DNA of 63,160 bases, counting the filler, from Circinaria calcarea (lineage: Eukaryota): the NCBI GenBank assembly GCA_051942165.1. It is 27 parts of 27 records of this genome, joined end to end, with 100 filler letters (N's around TTAATTAATTAA, not from the genome) between each part and the next. Parts side by side here need not be neighbours in the genome. Positions count along the whole stretch, not along the records: positions 1 to 2,255 come from JAVECS010003728.1; positions 2,356 to 4,609 come from JAVECS010003729.1; positions 4,710 to 6,963 come from JAVECS010003730.1; positions 7,064 to 9,316 come from JAVECS010003731.1; positions 9,417 to 11,669 come from JAVECS010003732.1; 22 more parts are not named here. One strand, 5' to 3'. The translations under genes and the position numbers were made by a program. The notes under the pieces were generated by a model. The model was not told the DNA's origin and did not search any database. It was given only the letters and a program-made list of their open reading frames with translations. This document shows, in pieces, positions 1-11,529 of this stretch (within the stretch, counting starts at the first letter, position 1; each line of letters begins with the position of its first letter).

Positions 1-660
1 TGCATGCATTCTCACCTCGTCCGAGAACTCATCCTATTGGACTTGATGATCCTAATTGATCCTTTTACTTTGCCGTTCAAGCGAATAGTCGTGCGTTACA
101 CCTACCAATAGCTTCCTGTTGTGCCTCATGCGCGAAGTGCATCTCCGTTGTGTGTTCTGCAAGCGCGAAAGCATCTTACCTCCAGATGACGTCCTTGCCA
201 AGCAATGTAGGATGCCATGCAGTTCGCCGCGACATACGCTCGAGATGTAATCGACAGGCACCTGTTAGAGAAGATAGTCATGGGGCACGAGAGGCGACAT
301 GCCCATCTTCGGCGTTGGATACTCCATATTGCTGATATCAAACTCTATTTGGTGCATCCATCCCGAATTGACAACTGGAGCGCTTCGAGACCTGCATGAC
401 CCCCGCAATACCTACAGCAGATCTGGACCGAGAATGCGCGAGAAAATCGGCGCTTTACAAGAATCAATTCGACCTTTTAACCGAAAGGAGATCCGGGCAA
501 CGAACGACCAGTCCGATCAACCCCAAACCTCCAAGTATGACGAAATGTATCTGGTCGATTCTCCAAAGTATACGAAACTATGTAAACCCCCGGGGTGAAC
601 TTCTTGGTGTCTATCGCCCTATCACCCGAGCTCACTTCTCAGGCAACACGGCGAGGCAAG

Positions 661-2050
661 ATGATCTCGCTACTTCCCGACACGCCTATCCTCCTGGGAA
701 TCCTCCTTCTATCTGTCGGCTTGGCAAGTACTTGACCGATGCAGCGCTGTTCGAAGGTGACTAACCATCGAGGATTAAGAGCACGGTCTACCTGGTCGGG
801 AATGTCATATACAACATCTACTTTCATCCCCTCGCCGGAGTTCCCGGTCCAAAATGGGCGGCGGCATCCCAAGTCCCCATTGCCCTCGTTTCTTGGAGGG
901 GCGGCCTTACGTATTGGCTCAGAGACCTGCATGAGAAATATGACAGCGACACCGTCCGCGTGTCTCCTCACGAAGTCTCTTTCATTTCCCCTTCGGCATG
1001 GAAAGACATTTATGGCCGTCATCAAGGCCAGAAGCCCTTTCAAAAAGACCTTGTCTTGTATGGAGATATCAAGGATATCGTCACCGCAAACGACGCCGAC
1101 CACGCTCGAATGCGCCGCTCTCTGAACCACGGATTCTCGGAGAAAGCTTTGCGCGAACAGGAGCCTCTGATACAGTCTTACGTTGACACCCTTTTCAGCC
1201 AGATCCGCATCCGCGTCCAAGACGATGGTGACAGACCGGTCAATCTGACAGACTGGTTTAACTGGTTCACCATGGATTTGATTAGCGACCTCTCCTTTGG
1301 GGAATCCTTTGACTGTCTCCACAAGCCCGAGTGGCATCCATATATCCGTGCGATTGAACTAGCCCTTAGACATGTTATGCTTGTCGGCCAAGCGAAGCGC
1401 TTTTCCGTGGTAGCTTGGTTCCTTCGCCGATGTGTTCCGCGAAACGCTACCAAGGCCAGATCAGAGTTTTTAGAATAGGGAATTGAGAGGACTAATCGCC
1501 GTATGGAAAGCACAACGACACGTCCGGATTTCATCGGATACATCCTTGAGCACAACGACGAAAAGGGACTGACAGTTCCAGAAATTCAAAGCCTTGGCCC
1601 GTCTCTCATTGCCGCGGGAAGTGAGACAACAGCTTTTCTCCTGTCGGCCGCTACCTACCTTCTCCTCGTTCATCCTGACTGCTACCGTAAACTTCAGAAA
1701 GAGGTCCGTAACCGGTTCAAGGACAAGGAGGACATGACCCTCGAAACCATTGTCGCCGATCTTCCTTACTTACAAGCCGTCATCAATGAATCTCTTCGTG
1801 TCTGTCCTCCGGGGATCCTCGGTCAGCCACGTCTCGTTCCTCCCGAGGGCGCTTCGATTTCTGGAAACTTTTACCCACCCGGAACGACGGTCGAAGTGAA
1901 CATTTACGCCGCGAACCACGCGTCGCGGAACTTTTCCGCTCCCGACGAGTTTATCCCGGAGAGATGGATGGGGGATGAACGCTTTGTCGATGATCGGAGG
2001 GACGTCATGCAGCCATTTAGTTTTGGGGCGAGGAACTGTGTCGGGAAGAA
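661..2050 (+). pseudogene. Cytochrome P450 (CYP65/Tri11-like) with one in-frame TAG at 1476-1478; 3' exon missing
   Basis: Exon 1 is 661-723 (hydrophobic anchor), followed by a GC-AG intron at 724-779. Motifs: YNIYFHPLAGVPGPK, AGSETT (I-helix), ESLR (ExxR), PERW and heme signature FSFGARNCVG, then GTAAGT donor at 2051. The frame continues straight through the TAG. It may be a pseudogene, an edited gene or a sequencing error. Confidence 0.9.
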
Positions 2051-2255
2051 GTAAGTGTCGGTTTTCCCCCATCGTCTTTTGCTTTGCCCGAAGCCTTCCG
2101 TTCTGCATCTTTCTTCTTTCATGTTACTCCTCCAGTTTACTTTCCAATCAGGACCCCATATCCCTTTCTCTTTCTCTTTCTTCCTTGTTTCATTTCCCCC
2201 TTTATTCCAAAACTCCCCTCATTTCTCTCCCCCTTTCCCGGAATATACCCAACTA

Positions 2256-2355
2256 NNNNNNNNNNNNNNNNNNNNNNNNNNNNNNNNNNNNNNNNNNNNT
2301 TAATTAATTAANNNNNNNNNNNNNNNNNNNNNNNNNNNNNNNNNNNNNNNNNNNN
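2256..2355. other. Artificial contig linker (44 N + TTAATTAATTAA + 44 N), first of 26
   Basis: Identical 100-bp spacers with stops in all six frames start at 2256, 4610, 6964, 9317, 11670, 14021, 16370, 18718, 21066, 23414, 25759, 28104, 30446, 32787, 35127, 37467, 39806, 42145, 44483, 46820, 49156, 51491, 53826, 56161, 58496 and 60829. Contig lengths never increase, running from 2255 to 2232 bp. Confidence 0.99.
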
Positions 2356-2541
2356 ATTGCGATCGCCTTTGGTGCAACTGGAGCAACTCCCCCTCCGCAG
2401 GTCAAGAAGGCCGCAGAAAAGGCAAAGGAAGCTGCCGTGGATGCCAAAGATCAGGTCGTTGATGCTACGGCTACTGGCACCGAGAAGGTTCAGGCGGAGG
2501 TCAATAAGCGAACTACTCGATCATCCGGGACTGTTGAGTAA
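2356..2541 (+). CDS. Calnexin, C-terminal cytosolic tail (partial)
   Basis: IAIAFGATGATPPPQVKKAAEKAKEAAVDAKDQVVDATATGTEKVQAEVNKRTTRSSGTVE* resembles the post-TM tail of Pezizomycotina calnexins, from memory. Confidence 0.6.
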   Translation: MAIAFGATGATPPPQVKKAAEKAKEAAVDAKDQVVDATATGTEKVQAEVNKRTTRSSGTVE

Positions 2542-3354
2542 ATGTCGAACTTAGCTGGAAGGAGATGAGATGAAATCAGTGGGATACTAGGAGATGCAAC
2601 TGTAATCCGGGGTAAGGGAGCCAGTTGCAGAAAAGCTTTGACCTAGGAATCGAGGAGGAATCGAGGAGTGAAAGGACGGATATTTGGGCTTGCTCGATCT
2701 GAAATGTTCTTGAGAAAACTGTATAATATGGAGTGAGAATGAAATACAATAACTGCCATTGGGCTCCGACAACCGTCGCCATGAGGAGTTTCTGTTATGA
2801 GCTTGGTCAATGTCTGTACTATACATTCTGAATAAGCCCTATGGCTCCTGAACACATTTTGCCCATCCCGTCCAAGAGGTGTTCGGTGTCATCCTCCTTG
2901 ACTATCGATGATACGTCTATCAAGATTCCGAAACCCTAACAGACAGGATTAAAAAGTCTGAAAACCGGTGATGAGGAGAAGGCGTTGCCGAATGATAGAT
3001 AGTATGACTCTGGAGGATTCTTTACCTATGCAAGAATTTACATTTCATCCAATGTTTATAAAGCGTTTTGCGTGTTGAAGCTTCTACACTCTGTCTCATG
3101 TGGGCGAGTAGTATGAGGGACCCCTTGGCTATTAGTTGTCTCTGATCGTCAATTAACCCCCGCACCCCTCTATCAACCCCGCATATTGATCCGGACATCC
3201 CCAAAGTCACGTAGCAGCTTTAGATTCTTTAGTCTCTAGAGGAATACGGCGGATAGCTTGCAATATCTACGTGACGAACTCGGTGAACCTCACATGGCCA
3301 TGCCGCTGATCCATTGACTGTTCTGACCGCATTTCGGAGACTTTTCCCACAGGC

Positions 3355-4609
3355 ATGGCTTCCCGACAGTTTCTTTCCAGATCAACTCGAATCCTTACAT
3401 CTAGAACTTTAGCTCCTCCGCCAACTACTGCTTTCCCTAGCCAGCTATACGGCTCGAGAAAGGGCCCTTTATCTACAAGATGTCTTCATTCTACCACACC
3501 ACTTTTGAGTCCTGCTGCAACAACCACGGCCGCTACGACTAAACAAGACTATCGGACAAGCCATGAACACATTCAATCACCAGTTGACACCCAGAACTTC
3601 ATAGACAATCAGTTTGTTCCCTCCAAGGCTTCTGCTTGGATCGACCTCCATGATCCGGCAACCAACAATCTCGTCACCCGCGTCCCCCAGAGTACAGACG
3701 AAGAACTCCGTGCAGCGGTCGAGAGCGCAAAGAAAGCCTTTCCATCATGGCGGGCAACAAGCATCCTTCACAAGCAGCAAATCATGTTTAAATTTGTGGC
3801 ATTGATAAGGGAGCATTGGGATCGTTTGGCTGCTAGTATAACGCTGGAGCAGGGAAAGACATTTGCGGATGCAAAGGGGGATGTTCTCAGGGGTTTGCAA
3901 GTGGCGGAGACGGCTTGCGGTATCACCACGCAGTTACCGGGAGAGGTCTTGGAAGTAGCAAAGGATATGGAGACTAGGAGCTATAGAGAACCCCTAGGGG
4001 TGGTAGCGGCAATATGTCCCTTCAGTACGTCCTGTTTGGTCTGTTTGGGGAATTCTCACTTAATGCGTCTCTAGACTTTCCTGCTATGATTCCTCTCTGG
4101 TCGATACCAATCGCGACAGTTACCGGCAACACCCTTATCATCAAGCCTTCAGAACGGGATCCTGGTGCAGCAATGATTCTCGCGGAACTTGCTCAGAAGG
4201 CTGGGTTTCCAGATGGAGTTGTCAACATCGTTCATGGATCTGCCAAGACCGTTGACTTCATCATAGACGAGCCTGCGATCAAGGCAATTAGCTTTGTTGG
4301 GAGCAACAAGGCAGGCGAGTACATTTATTCTCGCGGTTCTGCCCAGGGAAAACGAGTACAAGCCAACTTGGGCGCAAAGAATCATGCTGCAGTCATGCCG
4401 GATTGCAATAAAAACCACGCCCTCAATGCCATTGCTGGCGCTGCCTTTGGCGCTGCCGGGCAACGATGCATGGCACTAAGTACGTTGGTGATGGTGGGTG
4501 AGACCAAGGAATGGGTTGGTGAGATTGCCGAACGGGCGAAGAAGCTTAATGTCAATGGTGGATTTGAAGAGGGCGCAGATCTCGGTCCAGTCATCAGCCC
4601 GCAGAGCAA
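3355..4609 (+). CDS. Methylmalonate-semialdehyde dehydrogenase (ALDH6), mitochondrial; 3' partial
   Basis: Presequence-like N-terminus. Intron 4025-4074 restores CPFNFPAMIPLW. Also IKPSERDPG, ISFVGS, NLGAKNH and the catalytic GQRCMA. Confidence 0.95.
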
Positions 4610-5736
4610 NNNNNNNNNNNNNNNNNNNNNNNNNNNNNNNNNNNNNNNNNNNNTTAATTAATTAANNNNNNNNNNNNNNNNNNNNNNNNNNNNNNNNNNN
4701 NNNNNNNNNGCCGGGTTTATCCCACCTATTTTTATAATTACTGACTTGGTCTGGGTATCTGGTATGATAACACCGAGCACTAAAAGCCAAATGCTTGCCT
4801 TTTCATACCACTATCTTTTACGGTGTTGCTTTTCAGCAGCACGAACCGTGCGCTCCTTGGAGGTAAGGTTGAATTAGTTAGCTTATGTTTGTACCGTATT
4901 GAAAGCTCAGTACTTGCCAGTGCACCTAGAGTACTCCCAGTTCGGGGGATAGGAAAGGTTGGCTGTTGTTGATAAATCCCTGATAAAGAACCGTCTACAC
5001 ACGTGTACTGACGGGTAATCTTCCGCAGATTATAGTCGGATCTCGGGTGTAGATTATATCTCACTTACCCTATTGGGGTTTCTGGACTACATCGTTAAAC
5101 GTCGAGAGCCAAATGGTCAGGAAAATAATAGGTTCTTTGGCGCTAGGGGTTCTTAAGCGAGGGTCAAGTGATTTGGTTGAAAGTAGGGGCCATGTCTGAA
5201 TACAAGGTTTACTATAAAGTCTCTGGCTGCATTAGATTTGATATTTTGAGTGTATCATCAACGGTTACGTATTAGGTGCTTAAAGAAGTCATGGAGTATA
5301 GGGCGGAGGGAGTTGAATATGAAGGGCTATACAATCAAAATGAATCCACGGATTTGTCTGATCGAATGCATGTTGCTGAGAGCGGCAATGATAATAGAGA
5401 TCTAACATTACTAAGTTGGATTCCAGCTTTTCTAATATTGAGACTAGGTCGAGTAGCTACTGTCTGTTTGGTCATCATCTTGAGGTGCACCCATTCTGGC
5501 AGTTCATGATGAGATCACTGCAGGGCATTCTTCACAAGGAGAACTGCGGTCAGTAAAGATCCGTTACTTGGTGTGTACTAGCTGAGTGAGACCAACCAGA
5601 TTCAACACACATCATGATAAACTCCCATTTCCATCATATGGTTCGTTCATTCCGATTCCTCGACGTTACTTTCAAGATCGTCGCTGATATGCCTCTTGAA
5701 TCTTCTTCTTGTAGAGGCTTCCTTGACATCCATCAC

Positions 5737-6225
5737 CTAATACCTGTACCTTGTCGAGTAGTCCTTTGGACTAACAACTAAACCCCTACCCTTCTTGGCC
5801 CCTCGATAAATTGTCTCGATAATATCAATCAACTCCTGCTTATCCTCCAGTACCCAGTTCAGCTTGTTGTTGTTCCCTGTGCCGAAATCACACATCATGT
5901 GTTTGTTCCTGAAGAAGAACATGAGAGTGACGGTGTCGTAAAGTTCGTACATTTGCTTGAAGTCGGGCACCTGATCGAGATCGCAGACGTAGAGAACGGC
6001 AAAATTCTTGACGCGGTCCGCAATTCCTGTGGAAGTAAGTAAGTCAGTGGTTGGGAAAGGAAGAGGTGAGAAGTAGTACTAACGATAAAGCACTTCATCC
6101 TGACGCATGCAGTCCGGGTCCCAGTCACGGCCAAAACGAATTACTACGAGGCGCTCTTCTTCGGCCATGATTGCTTGATCAACATGCCATCCAGTAACGA
6201 GATGCGGTAGGACGACAGAACCCAT
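5737..6225 (-). CDS. DIB1: U5 snRNP thioredoxin-like protein Dib1/Dim1
   Basis: MGSVVLPHLVTGWHVDQAI...; intron 6027-6083; C-terminus GTGNNNKLNW...GRGLVVSPKDYSTRYRY*. Confidence 0.97.
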
Positions 6226-6511
6226 GACGGTAGAGTTCTTCTAGATACAAGATAGCGCGGTGGTTTGAAGGTAAATCTTGTAAAATTACCCAGGTTTTTG
6301 AGGATACCCCTTATGTTTGATAGTGTGGCTTTAGAAGAGCGATATTACAGAAAAGAGATGTCGTTGCTCATACTTCGTAATGAGTCGCAAGGCAATGTTC
6401 CCCGGATTTCTTCCGCCGCCAATTCCCCGCCCCCACCAACGTTTTTCCTCCTGGGATTTCTCTTCACACGTCAGGTATCTAAAGTACTTCATCTCTCTAC
6501 TTTTTAAAACA

Positions 6512-6963
6512 ATGGCGCCATCTGCGACTTCCGATCATTCTACTTCAAAGAGCACAGAAGACACTACTGTCATCTCGCTCCGCAAAGCTCTAACCTCCGA
6601 ATCAGTCCCCCTCGCTCGCCGCTTCCGTGCCCTATTCTCTCTCAAGCACCTCGCATGTTTACACCCGCCAACCTCTCAAACCCTCCCTGCAATTCAAGCC
6701 ATCGCAGCGGCTTTTACCTCCCCCTCCGCTCTTCTTAAACATGAGCTAGCTTACTGCTTGGGTCAGACGAGGAATCTTGATTGTGTTCGGTATTTACGAA
6801 AGGTTCTGGAGGATAGGGATGAAGACTCAATGTGTAGGCATGAGGCGGCGGAAGCGCTAGGTGCACTCGGGGACATGGAGAGTTTGGGATTGTTGAGGAA
6901 CCTGAGGGATGATGCGGCGGAAGAGGACGTTGTGAGGGAGACTTGCGACATTGCGGTGGAGAG
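6512..6963 (+). CDS. LIA1: Deoxyhypusine hydroxylase, 3' partial
   Basis: RFRALFSLK, LLKHELAYCLGQ and RHEAAEALGA (His-Glu motifs in HEAT repeats). Divergent from DIB1 across 286 bp. Confidence 0.95.
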
Positions 6964-7109
6964 NNNNNNNNNNNNNNNNNNNNNNNNNNNNNNNNNNNNN
7001 NNNNNNNTTAATTAATTAANNNNNNNNNNNNNNNNNNNNNNNNNNNNNNNNNNNNNNNNNNNNGGGGGGGACTCCTCTGGCGTATAAAAAGCCCCATAAA
7101 AACCGCATC

Positions 7110-8100
7110 TTACTAGCTTTTTCGGCTCTACTCGAGAGAGCTCCCCGCCCGTGTACCCGATCCATGTATCCATCCTCCCACAGATGTAGATCCGTTCTGT
7201 GCCCAATTCGGCGAGACGTGTGCGGTGCCCCGGACCCGGGCAAGAATCATGGACCTGATGCTACGGATGGGATCGTGGCGTCTGCATGTCTTCTAATGGA
7301 TCTGCAGGCGAGGGGCCGAAGCCTGTGCGAGCCAAAGGCGCGTTCTCGGAGTGGAGGATTTGGGCTCCGGTGTATTGCTAGGGGGTAAGAGTTCCGGATG
7401 CAATCTGTGTGCAGAACGGTTGGATAAATGGCCCTGGTAGTGGATTTCGCTTGGACGTTTGAGCTTATGGCCCACACCCCTTTTGTATTGGTAACCTTTG
7501 ATATGAGTTCGGTGACGTCCTTGCGTATTGCCAAGGGCTCCATCCAACCCTAAAAAGCGAGTTATAGACGTTTCTCTCTGGAACGTCTTGCTGTGCATCT
7601 CTGCATCGTTTGGATACGTGAGAATATTTATTCCACCCAATTCTAGCGTAATCTTGGTGATCATCCTGGGTCTCCTTGTAGCAACACCCACCTTATTTTA
7701 CAGCTACTTCACAAATGGTACTAACACCTCCCATACCATTCTTCCTTGATCTCCTGTGGTGGCTAGTCGTAATCGGAGAGAAAAAGAATAGTAAACCCAC
7801 TAGAGTATGAATCTACCCGCTCGAAAATGCCGGTTAATATCCTCGTTTTTCTGTTCAACCTCGAAGCGGGTCTCTGGAGACGCACCCTGGTTGCGTTTGG
7901 AAGTAAAGCGTCCGCCTTGCGGGTCCTGGTCATTCTCTTGTCTCCCAAATCCCATCACCATAGCCTTTTGTGGTTGCGGATGAGTATGTAGTTGGGTTCG
8001 AAGTCTTGCTGGGATGGAGGGATGAACGGTATGTTTTCAGCCCGGTGTAATGTTTTTCGGAAGATTTCGTTTTAACGAAGCTGAGATTTCCGCGTACGTA
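7110..8100 (+). ncRNA. Candidate structured long ncRNA (telomerase-RNA-like); boundaries approximate
   Basis: TATAAAAA at 7083 and no credible ORF. Several long-range helices are present, and AACCCTAA (7546-7553) lies directly 3' of a helix. See findings. Confidence 0.3.
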
Positions 8101-8888
8101 TGTATTCCCGGAAGCTTTTTCGATTGCTTTAGGAAAACTCACCAACCACAACCCCCCTCATACCAACCGTCCCTATCCACCTGTCCAGTTGAAACATTCC
8201 CCACTTTTATCCCAGCCCAGCATAATAGCTAACCCTCTTACCCTCACCTATACTGTAAACACCTTCGTTCCCTCTTTCCAAGCCTTTCCATCCGACCTCG
8301 ATGAATAAAACAAAGAGTTCCTTCATTCCACTGGGACCGTGAAACGAATTCCTATTCGGGAAAGAGCCCCGCAACCTGATGGCTGACTACCATGGCGAGG
8401 ATGGCCCAACGCGTTTGACAACAGACCGGAAAATTTCCTAGGGAAAATGGTAAGGACTATGGTTGAATCGTCAAGGAGAGGAGGAGACCCAAAGGTGCTT
8501 GCAATGCAAATATTACCGACGATAGACATGTTCGAAAAGGTGACTCGGGGCATCAACCCTAGAAGGACAATGGAATGTTTGACAATTTGGGAAAACCTTG
8601 GCACATCAATTCACTAAATTTCAAGACTGTATCGTAGCTTATCGTTTTTCGCACAATAGTTGCTACTGCATACTCGATATGCTCGAGAGAAGACAGAAAT
8701 ACGCATCTATAAGATGCCTCATCCGAAGGGACTCTGAGAGATGCTGATGCAGCAACACAGAATGCACTAAAACTAATAGTTGCTGGGTTCTTTCATAGAA
8801 AATAAAAGCGCTCCTCCCGCAAACCCTCACAATATATCTTTAAGAACATATGTGAATAATAGGTACAGTGAAGTTGAGATAATACAAT

Positions 8889-9316
8889 CTAATGCTTCGC
8901 AGTGACTTTATCACCTGTAAGCTTCTCGACGGCCTCTTTTGCCCTATGGATGTGACGGTTAGCAACCATCACTTGCAGCTGTACAATCAAAGACTTACAT
9001 ATCGCCCAGCGCCACCATACAGATTGTTTGCCAGACACCCAGACCGATTCTAGGGGTAACCCCTCGATAGAGACCCTTCAGTCCGTTGTTGGCATAAACG
9101 TATTTCAATGTTTTGCCAACGGTCAGGTTTTTCGGTCGATTAGGATCGTTGGTCTTGCTTTGCATTTCCACACGGATCACCTCGATTGGCTGATTCCAGG
9201 CACTCAACCCCCCTCCCAGTCCACTTGCTAGAATCTTTTCAAACGAGCCCAGCTTTTGACCATCTTCTTTGCCCGTGACCTTTCGTATCCCCTGTTCAGC
9301 TAGTCTCGACAGTCCA
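8889..9316 (-). CDS. YHM2: Mitochondrial citrate/oxoglutarate carrier Yhm2, 5' partial
   Basis: Carrier signature WNQPIEVIRVEMQS, then GLYRGVTPRIGLGVWQT. Intron 8944-8998; ends AKEAVEKLTGDKVTAKH*. Confidence 0.92.
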
Positions 9317-9417
9317 NNNNNNNNNNNNNNNNNNNNNNNNNNNNNNNNNNNNNNNNNNNNTTAATTAATTAANNNNNNNNNNNNNNNNNNNNNNNNNNNN
9401 NNNNNNNNNNNNNNNNT

Positions 9418-10245
9418 TTCTCGCCGATCAACAAGAAGATCTCAAACACCGAGCGTTCCCGCGGTCAGCGTCCGAGAAAACAACAGAAGCTTATGTATGC
9501 TGCGGATTTGGAGAGTGACGCAAAAGTCCACGATGGCCCCATTCATCCCTCTGAAGAAATCCCATCGTTTTCTAAATTTCCTTTCCCCCCCCCATCTTCT
9601 GACGGCGACACTGTCGAAGGCGCTCCCATCGATGACCCTGATCCCAACGTGGAAGACATGCATATCCCAAATGACCAACTCGACGGATCTGAAAATGATC
9701 GGGCCGCGACGATGACGCACGTACTGGTGTCGTACCCAGGAGCAAAGGAAGGGGAAGGAGTCTACAGACCTATTGATACCAATGTAGTTCAACAGAGAAA
9801 AAAGAAGAAAACTGCGAATGACATCGACAAGCCTTTTGATGGAAAGGGGGAGGGGAAGGATCCGGAAACGACGCAGGAAGCCAACTCCCCCAATGCGGAT
9901 GAAATCCCCCCAGAAACAGGCAAACACCCAAATTCAGCACGCCTCGCCGCCAGCATCTTCGAAACCGACGGCACGAACGAATACAAAGCTGAAAACACCC
10001 CGACCACCGACCACAACGACACCTCCTTAGTCAACACTTACAAAGCACCGGATGCGATCATGGTCCCCGGGGATCACGGGTTGGATAGCCCATCGATGCA
10101 GCTAGTCTCCGGGACGAGCGAGAACAACCCAGGGCCACTCTATTTGTTCCTGGATCCGGCAGACGGGCAGGATCAGACGATTGGTATGGCGCATGCCGCG
10201 CTTGAGGAAGCGGATCACGGACCTTCTGCGGTCCTGGGATCCTAG
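9418..10245 (+). CDS. Hypothetical acidic low-complexity protein, 5' partial
   Basis: Frame is open from the contig start for about 275 codons. D/E/P-rich with a basic RKKKK patch; no recognised domain. Confidence 0.45.
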   Translation, partial: FSPINKKISNTERSRGQRPRKQQKLMYAADLESDAKVHDGPIHPSEEIPSFSKFPFPPPSSDGDTVEGAPIDDPDPNVEDMHIPNDQLDGSENDRAATMTHVLVSYPGAKEGEGVYRPIDTNVVQQRKKKKTANDIDKPFDGKGEGKDPETTQEANSPNADEIPPETGKHPNSARLAASIFETDGTNEYKAENTPTTDHNDTSLVNTYKAPDAIMVPGDHGLDSPSMQLVSGTSENNPGPLYLFLDPADGQDQTIGMAHAALEEADHGPSAVLGS

Positions 10246-10970
10246 ATTCTAGATCCGCAACTTAGAGCTGGAGGAAGTGCTTCGTTCCGACGGACATTCA
10301 CGACAGGAGGCGGTTCTGAGGACTGAAGATTGAGCGTTTGCTTCGTAGGAGGGGAGCTAGACCAACTGGTTGGCTCTCAGGGCCCGATGTTTTGGGCGTG
10401 GAGACGAACGAAAAACTGCAAAAAGAAGCAATCTGAGCTCCCTCGAAGGATTTCTTGAAGGAAAAAAGGGGCGAAATTGCGCTTGGTTTTAGCTATCGCT
10501 ACCCGTTTTTTTGGCCTGACTCCAACCCCCCAACCATGGGGGAAGAAGAGGGGGGTTTGGTTAAGCAGCAGAGCACGGGCATTACCATAGTGCTAGCTAG
10601 CTAGCTAGTTAGTCAGTTAGTCAGCTATCCCCACAAAAATCGCATTCCAAACCTCCCCTTTCTTGGCCTTCCCTTGAAAATACTCCCGTAGAAACTCTTT
10701 GAATTGTTTATGTGAAAAAAACCACACACACACACACACACAGACTTTGCTCTACGAGTACGGAGAGCATCCGGTTTTTAAACCGAGTATGGTAGGTCCG
10801 TTTCCTACTTTGCAACTCGCCCCCGGGAAAAAAGGGGGGGGGAAACCAAATCCTCGCATACCCTGGGAAAAAGTCCGAAAACCACCACCGGCTGAAGGTG
10901 AAGGGGGAACGGGGAACGAGGGAAGGGCGAACGGTGGATTTGGAGAGGGGTAGAGGATAGAGAAAATGAG

Positions 10971-11050
10971 AATGAGAGAATGAGAGAATGAGAGAATGAG
11001 AGAATGAGAGAATGAGAGAATGAGAGAATGAGAGAATGAGAGAATGAGAG
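10971..11050 (+). repeat. Tandem repeat (AATGAGAG)x10
   Basis: Ten perfect 8-bp units. Confidence 0.97.
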
Positions 11051-11342
11051 AAAGATGGAACAACTGCCTTTTCCTGTCTGTCCCTGTTGCTACTTCTGGA
11101 CTTTCCCCACCCATCCCTCTCTCTCCAAAGGAAAAGAGAGAAAAAATTGGGGAGAAAACAAAAGAAACTTCATGCTTGCCCCCCGCTTCCAATACCAGCC
11201 AAAATACCCCTCCCCTTCCCATCGCTGCTACTAATCCATTTCCCCCCCTCATCCCATCAAAATTTCTCACGCCCTAACAAATCTCCCAAATTCCCCCAAG
11301 GGAAGGGGGAAAAAAGTAGACCACCACCCCTCCAAAAAAAAT

Positions 11343-11529
11343 TCATTTCCGGGCCTTTCCGCCTCCTCCCGCTCCGCCATCCGCCCCCGTCTGACTCAGA
11401 CTGCGCGTCAGCCCGCCAATGTAATCCTGCAGCGCGGCGTTTTGCTTCTCCAGCCGGTCGTGGTCGGCCTTGATGGTGTCGATTTTCGCGGCGATGGCGA
11501 CGAGGCCGCTTTGGAGGGTGCGCGCGTGT
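11343..11529 (-). CDS. Short coiled-coil protein (SCOCO/Slo1-like, DUF2205), last exon
   Basis: After an acceptor AG: HARTLQSGLVAIAAKIDTIKADHDRLEKQNAALQDYIGGL...KARK*. Absent from the ORF track. Confidence 0.7.

Noticed and set aside
639..1337. 232-aa minus-strand ORF, and similar ORFs at 26957-27478, 31105-31818 and 45825-46550
   Set aside because: Antisense shadows of real genes with no protein motifs.
10243..10326. Second possible UAG read-through or editing site after the acidic ORF
   Set aside because: Only about 26 further codons with no recognisable domain, which is expected by chance.
10752..11270. ORF with (SFSHSLIL)n repeat and other long F/L/G-rich ORFs at 11789-12454 and 62454-62913
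   Set aside because: Translations of microsatellite or homopolymer-rich intergenic DNA.
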